Source of the DNA: Octopus sinensis
Taxonomy: Eukaryota
DNA length: 64,000 nt
Direction of reading: 5' to 3'
NCBI RefSeq assembly: GCF_006345805.1
Contig: NC_043004.1
Span: 64,294,001-64,358,000 of the forward strand
Shown: positions 11,667 through 23,601 of the stretch, in pieces
How positions within the stretch are numbered: the stretch's first letter is position 1
Layout: every line of letters begins with the position of its first letter
The notes under the pieces: model-generated
Database searches by the model: none
Seen by the model: only the letters and a program-made list of their open reading frames with translations
What the model was told of the DNA's origin: nothing
Made by a program: the position numbers and the translations under genes

Positions 11667-12937
11667 TTATAACACCTTGTTGTAAACAATGTTTCTTATT
11701 TTCCTTTGTGGAGCATATACAAAAAGGTTTCCTTTGGTTCCTACTCTTGAGCAGCCAACATACAGTTGCCCATGCGAGAAGCAGGGCTCTTCCAAGAGAA
11801 GACCAGCTACAGAGAGGGTTTGACCCTGAGATTTGTTAATGGACATGGCAAAGCTGACACGAAGGGGGAATTGCAGTCTTCTGAATGTAAATGGAATTTC
11901 TGCTCCTGATGGAGTAAGAGGAATTCTTGGAATAAAGACGTCATCACCTTTTCCACATCCAGAAAGAATGATCGCCTCGATAACTTGTGACATCATTTTC
12001 TTTATCACCAGTCGTGTTCCATTGCAAAGTCTTGGTGGTTCTTGGTGCGGAGTAGCATTACAGGAGTTCCAACTTTAAGTGCTAATATGTGGGGGGGTAG
12101 TCCAGGAGGCTCCAGTGAATTGGGAAATTCAGGAGGATAGTTCACAACTTCATTTATATCTGGAATTGTATCAACAGACTTGTAAGTGTGTATAGTGCCG
12201 GGAAGAGAATGCATTAGCTGTTGATTAATTTTGTTAACAGCGACGTTTTTTGGAGCTAATATTGCTCTTTCACACAGCCAATTGTGATTTTGGTAGTTTT
12301 GTGTGAAGTTGGGAAAGACTTTGTTTTTGAGGTCATCTACAGAATTAACAACAGAGGAAAATGACCACATTTCCATTTGTCCTGCAGCATCGAGAGGCAT
12401 CTTGCCTTCACAAAGTGTCAAAATGTCCTGTGCAAACTTTGTGGACATTTTGTCGCCGTGTAGCTGAGCTCTCATGTTAGTGGTGAGACTGAGGATTGTA
12501 ACATGATGCCACAGGGTAGAGGACTTTAGGCATGCTTAGACTTCATCTGCTCTAGTGCCTTTCGGAATGACAGGAAGAGTTTGCCTGAAATCACCTGACA
12601 ACAGAAGCGTTACACCTCCCATTGGAGCCTGACAGTCTCGGATGTCTTTCAGGGCTCTATCTAATGCTTCCAAAGCTCCCTTGTGAGCCATAGTGCACTC
12701 ATCCCAGACAATTAGATGACACATTTTAAGTACTTGTCCCTGATCTGAGCTTTTGTTGATGTTGCATGAAGGCATTTCGGATGCTGCTAAATTGAGAGGG
12801 GGTTTAAAAGTTGAGTGTGCTGTCCTGCCACCGGGTAACAAAGTAGCTGCAATGCCAGAGGAGGCTACAGCTACTGCAATGTCCTGATTCTGCCTAACTT
12901 CTGCAAGGAGAAGCTTTGTAATAAATGTTTTTCCTGT
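11667..12937 (-). pseudogene. Helitron PIF1-family (SF1B) helicase, frameshifted and 5'-truncated
   Basis: Motifs in order: TGKT (truncated Walker A), SSGIAA, GRTAHS, VWDECTM, GDFRQTLPV, LKVGTPVMLLR, QFPLRVSFAMSINKSQGQTL, FSHGQLYVGCSRV, spread over three ORF pieces. No Rep (HUH) domain seen. Confidence 0.92.
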
Positions 12938-13018
12938 TATTGCTTAATAAGAATGGTATTAGCAGTGATGTTAAAGTTGCACCTAGCTAAGCCATCTCTG
13001 GAATATATATATAAATAA

Positions 13019-13057
13019 TAGCATTATGACCCGGCAACGCCGGGTCATAGTGCTAGT
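13019..13057 (+). mobile_element. Helitron 3' terminus (hairpin plus CTAG|T) on the plus strand
   Basis: Perfect 11-bp stem tatgacccggc-aac-gccgggtcata (13025-13049), extendable to 17 bp with one G.U, followed by gtgCTAGt (CTAG 13053-13056). Confidence 0.8.
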
Positions 13058-13174
13058 GCATGTATATATGTGTATGTATATGTGTACATATTACATGTAC
13101 ATCTATATATATACATCTACACATAAAATACAAAATACAAAGTTATATCTTGATATCACTAGTGATAACAATAC

Positions 13175-13724
13175 TCAAAATATATAACAAACTGGAATTG
13201 TAGGCCCATCTCTTGCAATTTCAATCAATTGTATCTTGTCCTCCCTCTTGTATAGAAGTGTGGCTATAATCCAGCCTACCTCTACTTCTGGGGAAACATT
13301 TAAAATTTTTATCCGGGTCGTCCCACATCCCTGATATAAAGGTAAAAATAAAATATTTCCACTTTGCAAGGTTTGAGTCGAGTACTCTCTTGCACGCTCC
13401 GTTGACTCAAACCTTGCTTCTATTGTGGCGAATTTACCTCCTCTGGTTAGATATCTTTCATAGTCCCACCAAGACACTTTTCAATGGTGCTTTCCTCCAG
13501 GTGTTCAAATCTTCTTTTTTCTCTACATTGTATACTTTATAGACAATAGTCTTTTCTTTAATTTAATTTTTTATTTCGTTTGGTGGTGTTATCCTAGATT
13601 CACCATCTTTGTCGGTGATCAATCCGAAATAGGTTTGTATTTCTTCCATTTTAATTTTAATGAGTTTGCACCCGCCGACGGCTGCAGCGAAATTCATTTT
13701 TGGACTTTCTTCTATCGAAGGCAT
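13175..13724 (-). pseudogene. Degenerate ORF1-like protein of an L1/Tx1-type LINE
   Basis: ATG at 13724 gives MPSIEESPKMNFAAAVGG... with one stop and a frameshift, then ...FLPLYQGCGTTRIKILNVSPEVEVGWIIATLL, resembling Tx1/L1 ORF1 N-terminal regions. Family call is by eye. Confidence 0.45.
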
Positions 13725-15115
13725 TTTAAGAAAAATGCTTCCGTATAAACGGTGAAAATATTGTCAATTTCCCAAACAGGGACACAATTCAATTTTTAAA
13801 CAATAACCAAAGCTCCTTCTCCCAAAGGGAGGGTTACGGTTTACAATTATTTAACAAATGCAACACAACAACGTTTCCCTTATGAGGAATCAACAAACAG
13901 GATAACAATAGTTAAACATTAATAATAATAACAACAAATCTTACGGTGAATCAAAAAGCAGTACACAGTTGAAGCTATAGTCCTTTATGTATAAGAAATA
14001 AACCAACAGCAGTACTCAGTAGAAGCGGCTGTTCGAGAAAACAGACATTACATACAGCCAAACTTCATATAGATACTTAATGCTGGCTAATTAGCAGATA
14101 ATTTAATGTAAAAGCTGCAGTAAAGGGTATGTGCACAGCTCCATCTGGACTATTCTATTTCTGTACGCTAATTTTATTTTTAATTTATTCCCATTCATGT
14201 GAAACCACTTATTGAAGTTCAAGTCATTGATGCAATTTTATACCAATTGCTATTTTTACTTTTAATTGTTACGTTACGATTTAATCATTATATTATACTT
14301 TAGTTTTATTTTAATTATTACTTACTACATATAACTCAATTGTTATTATTATCTCTAATTTTTATTGTTAAAGTGAAAGTATCCGACATAAAATAGAGAA
14401 ATGTTTTTGTTTCACTTTTAACATGTAATACTGAAATAGTGAAGATATGATCTTGCTATGGGCTCGCCCTAGGCAAGAAGTTGAACATTTTTTTGCCGAT
14501 GACACTCCCCGGACCCTAAGTAAGGCATGTGTAAAATTTGAATGAAATTGATTGTGTAGTTCTCAAGTTTTAGGGAAACACACAGACAGACAGACAGACA
14601 TTCTCAGTTTTATATAAAGAGAGGTATATATATATATATATATATGTATATATGTTAATAAAATAGAACATATGCATATATATAAACATATCTGTACGTA
14701 CCTACCTCTACATGTACATATACACGCATATATGTGTACAGGACACCAAGGGGACGTCGAACACAAAGAGAAATGAAAACATAGACACAAACCAAGGAAC
14801 AAGACAAGCAAAAAAAAGAGAGATACAGGACAATAAGCACAACGAAAAATCCCCTTCTTCAGTCGCTAAGATTTCATCTACTAAACGTTTCGATATATAT
14901 TGTAGTATTTCGAAATGGTCATTTTTTTTTCCCAAGTAAACACATGCACTATATATTTGTTCTTCACTCGTTTATTACCATTCTGTTCTTTTTATTATGT
15001 GTGGAAGCCTTCTACGAGTGTGTGTTTGTTTGCACTGATTTATGACCTGGAGTTATGTGGCATCCCATAACTTAACAGCTTGACGAATAGAGATCAATAA
15101 AATAAATACATGTCC

Positions 15116-15310
15116 TCATCATCATCATTATTTAATGTCTGTTTTCCATGCCGGCATGGGTTTGATGGTTTGACATGAGCTGGCCAGGCAGGAGGGCTAC
15201 TCCAGGCTCTAGTCATCCGTTTTGGCATGGTTCCTGCAGCTGGATGCCATTTTTAAAGCCACCCATTCTACAGAGCGTACTCGGTGCTTTTTACGTGGTG
15301 CCAGCATGTT
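15116..15310 (-). mobile_element. Interspersed repeat family C (SINE-like, (ATG)n tail)
   Basis: Reverse complement of 'aagggcatccagctgtagaa...aaaccatccaacccatgccagcatggaaa..gacgttaaa.gatgatgat'; about a dozen copies in the window. Confidence 0.75.
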
Positions 15311-15508
15311 TGGAAATAATTTCTGGGGTTGATAGGATCAAATGGAACGCTTCAGGGTAGTGCCCCAGCAGGGTCATAGACAAACAACGAAAAATGAACA
15401 GATGAAAGAATACAGATATTTCACTTCATTATGTTTTTCTTCACTTTTCTCTCCATAATTTTTTTTTTCTCTTTTTTATTATGTTTTCTTATCATTAGTT
15501 TTATCTTT

Positions 15509-15557
<49 letters not shown>

Positions 15558-15884
15558 TTTAATGCTTTTATTAATTTATGTAATTTTCTTTTCCATCTTT
15601 TGAAGCATTATTCACCTGCTGACTATGCACTTTATCTTGGCTACTATATGTGTGTGGTAGGGTATATTTAGACACACACTCATATATACACACACACACA
15701 CACTCTTAAGCACACACAACAAACAGGTGTTCACTAATTTTTAATTAACATACACCCTTTTTTTATAAATATTTAGAATCTGCATGTGTGTGTGTGTGTG
15801 TAAGCACACAGAAAGAGGCATATAAATACACACAGGTGTTACTTATTTTTAATCAATCTCTCTCTCTCTCTGTATCTATCTATA

Positions 15885-15959
<75 letters not shown>

Positions 15960-17035
15960 ATATCTATCTATCTATATATATATATATATATATAAACACA
16001 CGCAAGCATACAATACATATATGTGTTCTTGTGTGTGTTTTTATATGTAACAAACAAAAAAATGTTACAATCAATTTTTTATGAAATTCACATAAAAATA
16101 CAGTTAATCATTGTGTGATTTCCACAATCTATTTTCATGGTAGAATGGTGAACTTAAAACCCAATTATTGAGGAATACCAGTCTCTTTCACCTGTACCAT
16201 TTTGCAGAGAACTTTGGCACTATTCTCCCAAGATTTATGATCGAAGAATTCTATATTTTATCTGTTTTAAAATAGTATTTTTTTAAGCAAATTGCACTGC
16301 TTGTATGCTCTGGTGATTTTTAAAAAAATAATCAAAAATTTCAAGGTTTTAGTATTATGACTCCCATGTTTCATTGTGTTTTTGGTTGGGTTTTCTTTGT
16401 TGTTTTATTTTTTTAGCCCTAGGTTAGATCTGATCAAGCAGTCATATTATGTTCAGAGGCTTTCCAGCATGACCATCTTGTATCCTATTTTCTATTTTCA
16501 GACATTCATTCTTCCCTTAAGCCCTTAACTCTTGAGGGAGTTGTAGGCATATGGCATGTGTTGGACATTTCAAACCATTTGCTGTCCATCTCTCTCTAGG
16601 TGTGACTATTATGTGAGTTCTTCCGGAGATAATGAGAGAAAGAGACTGTTGACCCCACCCCCAAAAGGCAAAAGTGACTTTGGTAGGATTTGAATACAGG
16701 GAGTAGTGAATTAGAATGAATTGCTGTAAAGTTTTCTATCCAACGCCGTAAGAACTCTGCTAATCTACTGTCTTTTCTGGGACTATAGTATTTAAGATGT
16801 TCTTCCTATTTTTAAGATGATAGGATGTGAATTAGTTTAGCTGTTGTTTCTTGCAACCATGTAGAGTCTCTTTGTCTCATTCATTGGCACATATCTTAGA
16901 CCTAGAGTTTGGCCGTCCAGTATTGAGGGATTTATAAAGCAGCAAGATTCTTCCATGAAATGTATCCTGTGCCACAACAAGCTGCTGTTAGTTTCTTGAC
17001 AGAATAACATGATGAAGTTGAACAATGTTGACAAC

Positions 17036-17770
17036 TAGGTTCAGTCCCACTGCGCGGCACCTTGGGCAAGTGTCTTCTACCATAGCCTCAGGCCAACCAA
17101 AGCCTTGTGAGTGGATTATGGTAGACGGAAACTGAAAGAAGCCCATTGTGTGTGTGTGTATGTATATATATATATAGTAGAGTCCACAGTGATCTGAGGT
17201 AGGAGAGGTGCAGTTGGAGGGTAAATGTCCAAAAGAGAATCCGTAAAGGGTAGATAGAAAGTCCAGAGGATCAACTGGTGCAACACATATTTATATGTAT
17301 GTATATGTATATATTTATGTGTGTGTCCTTGTGTCTGTGTTTGTCTCCTTACCATCACTTGACAACCAATGTTGGTGTGTTTGCATCCCCATAACTTAGC
17401 AGTTCAGCAAAAGTGACTGATAGAGTATGTATCAGGCTTACAAAGAAAATATCCTGGGGTTGATTTATTCGACTAAAAGTGATTTAACCCTTTTGTTACT
17501 AACCCAGCTGAAACCGGCTCTGGGTCTGTAGTACAAATGTCTTGTTTTCATTTGTTTTTAGTTAAAACCTTCCACCAAACCTCAGTCACAGTTTATGTTC
17601 CTATCACTAGCTGAATGATAACTAAGTGATTTTACTAAATTCTTTGTTATATCCAAAATAATTGAGAGAAACACAGAACATCTCAACAGAAATACAGTAG
17701 CGAAAGGGTTAAGGTGGTGTTCCGGCATGGCTGCAGTCAAATGACTGAAACGAGTAAAAGAATATAAGAA
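17036..17770 (+). mobile_element. SINE family A copy interrupted by a nested MITE
   Basis: Family A core and tail present; the tail is split at TTAA by the 17488-17708 insert. Confidence 0.85.
17488..17708. mobile_element. piggyBac-type MITE (221 bp)
   Basis: TTAA duplication at 17484-17487 and 17709-17712; 13-bp TIRs cccttttgttact / agtagcgaaaggg (2 mismatches). Confidence 0.85.
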
Positions 17771-18730
17771 TGAAGAATTAACTGTTCCGATACTTGTACC
17801 TTCTATGGTCTTTTCTGCCAAAACTTAGTGTTTTCTTTGTAGATTTATTCCACTTCAAGGCTAAGCCTTTGTACCGTCCATTAGATCCAGGAGCCCTATA
17901 AATGGATTTGATAGATGGGAAATGAAAGAAGCCCTTCATAGATATGTCTGTGTATTTTAACTTCCACATCTTGGCATCACATGGTAGTTTCAAATAAGGG
18001 TTGTTGTTATACAAGCTGTGTCATTCATTTCCAGTCTTCCATGCAAACATATTCACTCCTAGAGAAATATTACATTGCTCAAAAGCAGGTGAGGGTTGGC
18101 AACAGAAAGGGCATCATGTTGTAGAAAGTTCAACCTTAACAAATTCCATCAGATCAATGCAAGCATAGAAAAGTAGACTCTAAAAAACAGCGATAATAAT
18201 ATTGGAACATAACTTCATTAAATAATAAGGAAAGTTTTTATCTGAATAAGCTCCATGCAATTTAGTAGCAGAAGTCCCAATGGCTGCAGCAACAGCCATC
18301 ATCATCATCGTCTCTTCTTCAGATGGTTCCATAAAAAAGGGGTTAAATATATAATTTATTTCAGTATAGTGATACATATCAAAACTTTTTTTTGTTTTAT
18401 TTTAGGGGTTTTTTTTTCTGTTTATTCCAAAGAGAATTTAGTTCCCATTGTCAGACTTGCACCAACATGTAAATTAGTTTACTCTTGGGTCCATGGAAAG
18501 TATTCTATGTTGCAGTAAGCTGCTGTTAGTCTCTCAACAGACTAACAGAATAAAGTTAAACAACATTGATGATCAACTATTCCCATGTTTGTGTTATGTA
18601 CTTTTGCCCTGAAACTTGCAGTATTCTCTTTAGATTTACTCCACATCAAGGCTATCTAGCTAGCTAGCTATCTAATCTACATACCTACCTATCCACCTAC
18701 CTATCTACCTTCTAGCTGTTTATCTACCTT

Positions 18731-18762
<32 letters not shown>

Positions 18763-19424
18763 CCTTCCTATTTATTTATCTGTCTACCTATTTACCTATC
18801 TATCTATCTGCCTACCTATATATCTACCTAGATACCTAGCTATCTATCTACCTTCCTAGCTATCTATCTACCTACCTAGTTACTTATATAACTACCTAGC
18901 TATGTACCTATCTAGCTACCAGTTACTTGAACATTGATTTTACTAGCAGACTGTTCCAGTGCTCATATCAACTGGAACATTCATCGTCATAACTAACGGA
19001 GTGTCAGTAAGAATGTCTTAGTTACTTTTTCCTGTATCAGAAGTAACAAATTTTAATCTGAGCATATGGCTAGGTGTTAGTACACTCGAATGAAAATATA
19101 CAAAATGGTTGAAATGTTCCTGATCCTACTGGATCAAATTTTCATTTCCCTCCAACATTTATTGTGTTTTTAACACAGCACAGCCATAAGAGATGTTATC
19201 TCAAGACAACTATCAAAGCAACTAGCCTATCAACAGTGTACATACATTAGCTATGATATGCAGATGACTATTTAAAATTTTAATCTCCCTGTCAATTGTG
19301 ATTAACCACAACATAGTTTAATACCATCACTAACTATCCCACAATATTTTTACCCTTTAGCATTCAAATTATTTTGTCAAATGTAAAAATGGCTAAAGAT
19401 CTCCTTCAGTTATGTACGACCATG

Positions 19425-19733
19425 GAATTGCACCAAGAAAGTTCCCCTCTGAGGCAGAAGCCCGGGCAAGTTTGTTTATAGCAGACCAACAGTCACCTAT
19501 GCATACCAGCCTCCCCTCATCAAGGCACCAATCTTATGCAAGGGAAAGGCAAAGGGGCCGATACAGCTTGGCACCAGTGACGTCGCAACTCATTTTTACA
19601 GCTGACTGAACTGGAGCAAAGTGAAATAAAATGTCTTGCTCAAAAACACAACACATAGTCCGGTCCGGGAATCGAACTCTCTACCTGATGACTGTGAGCC
19701 TGATGCTCTAACCACTGAACCATTTGCCTTCAC
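19425..19733 (-). mobile_element. SINE family D copy
   Basis: Reverse complement of the 358-685 type head, core and body. Confidence 0.8.
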
Positions 19734-20574
19734 ACAATGCAATGCTTATTTCTTCACATTGCTTTGAATTAATCATGCATTATCTTGTAGCTTTGAGGTT
19801 TTGATGATTGACAGTTTATTTTTAGAATGACATCGTAGGTCAGATTTGAACATAGAACAGGTAAACAGGTAGATTATTTGGGCATGGATGGCTAGATTGA
19901 ATGCTAAAAAGTAAACCAGGGTCCACTCTTACACAAAACTATGAACCATAATTTTTACAGAACACCATGACTTCATAATGTGAAAAATACCACCACAGTT
20001 TCTTAAGTGTGATGCCATGAGTTGTCACAGAGTACAGGCTTGAAAGGTTTTCCTGATGGAAACCTGCAGCCAGCTTGTACAGGAATCTGCTCTTATATTT
20101 AACATTTCCTGTTATTATTAACATCATCTTCCAGACATTACTATTGTCTCAAGTCCGTGGACTCAAAGTACCAGTTACCTCATTTCCATGGCATAAAAGT
20201 AATCAAGACCACAGCATTTACTTCCATCCACACACACCCAATTTAATCATAGTTTCAAAAGATGGACAGTCCGAATCTGCTGTTTGTCTCTTCTGAAATT
20301 TTCAGGGTAACCTTGGAAATGCTCTGAAGCATTTTTTAAAGTTTTTTTTTTTTTACCCCACCATCTTCCCCTCTCCGGACCAATTTTGGTCGGTTTTGTG
20401 GACACTGCACACTTAAAAACTTTCCAGTCCATTGCCGGGTAACTCTTTTACAGCCAAGAGGCCTGACGAAGCGAAAGTCATCGTTTGTGTGATGTTGTTC
20501 CAAGGCTTCAAACCTGTTGCTAAGGGGCAGTTGGAATTGTGTCACCCTTTGCCAACATAATTCCAACTTCTTTG

Positions 20575-20830
20575 GCTTCCTTTGGTCATTTGGTTAGTCT
20601 ACCTCATTCCAGTTGCATGTCAATATGTCAATGGTGACAGAATGGACAGAAAGACAGTGGACAAGATCAAGAAGCCAACCAAGACAAGATGACAAGATTA
20701 TCTTGCTCACTACCTGGGTCTTATATGGTCACAACTGGCTAGAGACAGACAGTGGTGAAAAAAGTCCTAGGAGGGGATCTCCCCATTCAGGAGTGACAAA
20801 GGTGAGTATGAGGATTGAAGCAATGTAAAA
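20575..20830 (+). mobile_element. RTE LINE 3'-terminal fragment
   Basis: GHLVSLP.., VTEWTERQWTRSRSQPR and LGLIWSQLARDRQW across frameshifts resemble the RTE C-terminus (GHxxR..VTEW.PR..KR.RGRP..W...ARDR..W). Confidence 0.65.
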
Positions 20831-21439
20831 TGTGTTTTGCCTAAGAACACAACACAACACCCCACCCAGTTCAGCAATTGAAACCTCAATCTTGCAATCA
20901 TGAGTGCAACAGTGTTTTACCATTAAGCCACCTGCTTTCTCCTGTTAAGAAGCATTTAATTTTATATCCACAACGCATCAAGTTCATAATTTGTAAGCAC
21001 AGGATTTCAAGTGGTTCACTAAAGGTCACTGACAAATGGTTGGCTTACTTTAGAAGGCTCAAAGAAATGATTTAGCATCAATTCATTCATGGTCACGCCA
21101 TCCTTATCCTTCCACCCATGACCATTCCACATCACACCCACAGACCATGAAATGTCAAAGAATTAAGGGATATGCTGACCCAAGCAGGTTTTGAACAACA
21201 AAAATATTTTGGTTGTACTTTTATTACTGACATGTATCAAACTCTCTTGGGTTTAATCCTGAGTCATAGAAAATAGAGATAAAAATCATAAAAATGTGTT
21301 GGGAGAAAGAAAAAAAAAAGAGAACAAAACTAAAAGAAAGAAAAAATGAAAATGCAGAGGAAGGAAAACGGAAAAAATAAATGACTGCAATGTGCAAATA
21401 TAATTGAATTTTTGATGAAGAAATATCTAAAAGTGATAT

Positions 21440-21482
21440 AATAATACCAACGACAACAATATGAATAAAAATAATAATAATA

Positions 21483-21518
<36 letters not shown>

Positions 21519-21760
21519 TAATGGCAGTAACTGCAACAATATTAATAATAATCCTAATAAAAATAATTCTAATAATAATAATGATAATAATTGTAACAGC
21601 AGCAACAATAATAGTAAGAATAATAATAATAAATAATAGTAGAAGTTGTAGTAGTAATAATAATAATAATAATAATAATGGTAGTAGTATCAATAATAAT
21701 AACAGTAATAAGAATGATAATAAGAATAATAATAATAGTAAGAAAAATAAGGATGCATAA
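21440..21760. repeat. Degenerate (AAT)n tract
   Basis: Seen directly. Confidence 0.95.
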
Positions 21761-22127
21761 ATAATGATATATAGTGAATATCCAACTGCAAATGTACAGT
21801 GGCACAGCTGTCATTGTTTCTTGAATTATTTATATTTGCCAAACAAATGGCAGGTTTATACCGGGTCAAATTATATATTTGAGTTTATATTTTGTTTTGG
21901 TTTCGTTTCGTTTCGTGCATGTGTGTGTGTGTGTGTGTGATTTTTTTCTTTATGCATACACACACACGTCATATATATATATATATGGCGGTGCCCCAGC
22001 ATGGCCACAGCTCATAAGCTGAAACTAGAATCAATATATATATATATAGTGTGTGTGTGCATGTTTTTGTACATAGACACACATATATAAATGCACACAC
22101 ATATAAACATGTGTATATAAACACACC

Positions 22128-22875
22128 AAGCTTTCCATCCCCTATTCCCAATTCCTCCGTCTACGTAGGCTCTGTAGTGACGACCATGACTTTGAGACTC
22201 AGTCTCAACTCATGGCTCACCACTATCCACACCGCCCTTGCCAGAGCACGTTCCGCAGACCGTGCATCTGCTCTCTTCCCCCGTAACCGCCCTGCAGTCT
22301 CCCGCCTCCCTTTTCCCCTCACTTACCACCCCACCACCCTACCTCTCCTATGCACCATTCTTCGAGCTTTCCGGCATCTCCATCCGACCCGTCCATTTCA
22401 CACCGACCCTAACCGACCCCTCCCCTCCTTCAAATGAGCCCATAACCTACGGGACCTCTTGGTCCACAGCTTCTTCCCTGACCCTACCTCCCAACCTGGC
22501 TCGTTCCGCTGCTCCCACCCACGTTGCTGCACTTGCCCTTACCTCTCCAACACCACCCTCCTCACCGGCACCCATCATCGGCCTTATCTCATCATCGACT
22601 CCTTCACCTGCACCTCCAGCAATATCATCTATTGCATCTCCTGCTCTCTCTGCCATTCCCTGTACATCGGACAAACGGGATGCCGCTTGGCCGACTGGTT
22701 CGTGAAACACCTCCGTGACATCCGCCTCGCCAATGACACACCAGTCTCATGCCATTTCCGCAACACCTGTCTGTGTTCGGATTGTCCTTGCACAGAGACC
22801 ATCCGGATTCCCGCTTGTGCCGTGAACAGGGATTAATCTTCTCTCTTTGCTCTTTTATGCCATTTGGGCTCAACT
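22128..22875 (+). mobile_element. 5'-truncated Penelope-like element (Neptune-type): RT thumb, Cys linker and GIY-YIG endonuclease, degenerate
   Basis: SIPYSQFLRLRRLCSDD (thumb), PLTYHP, FK*AHNLRDLLV, CSHPRCCTCP (Neptune-type Cys linker), TCTSSNIIYCISCSLCHSLYIGQTG (GIY-YIG), REQGLIFSL..PFGLN. Confidence 0.9.
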
Positions 22876-23255
22876 TTCCCCCCTTTTCATCTACCCTCCC
22901 CCTCGACTCCTACTTCTCTTCAGTCCTTCATCTTTTCACTCTGACTCTCTTTCCCTCCTCTTCCCTTCTTCCCCCTTCTTCCCTCTTCTTTCTTCTTCCC
23001 TCTTCCCCTTCTCTCTTTCTCTCTGCTCCCTCACAGATCACCAGCCCTCTTTCACCCGCACATACATACTCTCTTATACACACACGCACCTTCGTGTTGG
23101 GGCGAAGTCACTTGACCCTGTTATCTCCCCTACTATCCCTCTAGCGTCTAACGTCTGACCTCTGGACCTCTGAGTTCAGCCTGAAGTCAGAACGCCATGA
23201 TAGACCATTAGCTCCTACACGCATTTTTTTTCTCTCCTTGTTTCTTTTCTGTGTA

Positions 23256-23294
23256 TCTTTCTGTCAAAGAGCGTAGGCTCGAAACGTAAAAGAC
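23256..23294 (+). ncRNA. Degenerate minimal type I hammerhead-like motif downstream of the PLE
   Basis: Stem I tcttt/aaaga, core ctgtcaa (two changes from CTGANGA), extra A, stem II gagc-gtag-gctc, GAAA-CG-T-A. Confidence 0.5.
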
Positions 23295-23389
23295 TTGTTC
23301 TATTTCTATTCCTGAGCGCCATACTAATACATTTGTTTGTTTGTACTCCACCTGCCTTCGTCTTTTTTTTATTTTCATAAACCTTCCCG

Positions 23390-23507
23390 TTATATATATT
23401 TGTATGTGTGTATATATATATGTATGTATATATGTGTGTATATATATATATATAATATATATATATATATGTATATATATATATGTATATTTATATATAT
23501 ATATTTG

Positions 23508-23549
<42 letters not shown>

Positions 23550-23562
23550 TATATATATATAA

Positions 23563-23601
<39 letters not shown>

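Larger units (their letters stand above)
11490..14622 (-). mobile_element. Non-autonomous or composite Helitron
   Basis: Minus-strand 3' end 'ccgggcaattccaggtatctctgCTAG|t' (CTAG at 11490-11493). Minus-strand 5'-type modules start 'tc...tatataaaactgagaatgtctgtctgtctg' near 14622 and 'a|TCTATATGAAG' at 14073. PIF1 helicase fragment on the same strand. Joining the ends into one element is inference. Confidence 0.6.
16500..20570 (-). mobile_element. Ancient fragmented RTE-clade LINE remnants interrupted by SINEs and microsatellites
   Basis: Minus-strand pieces in ORF order: QFQLPLSNRFEALEQ (about 20550-20500), LAAGFHQENLSSLYSVT (about 20070-20020), KHGNS*SSMLFNFI (QGxxLSPxLFN-like, about 18590-18550, paralogue STLFNFIM at about 17030), KWFENVQHMP (WFGHVxRMP-like, about 16580). 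Confidence 0.5.

Noticed and set aside
11667-12937. Host PIF1 gene
   Set aside because: It is intronless, frameshifted, truncated at Walker A and linked to a Helitron hairpin-CTAG end, so it is transposon-derived.
18950-19006. 57-nt phase 0-0 exon candidate (TVPVLISTGTFIVITNGVS) with AG/GTAAGA
   Set aside because: Splice-like signals only; no recognisable protein and no linkable neighbouring exons.
20463-20479. CTGACGA-agc-GAAA-GTC, apparent hammerhead core
   Set aside because: There is no room for stems II or III, and it lies antisense within RTE coding remnants; coincidence.
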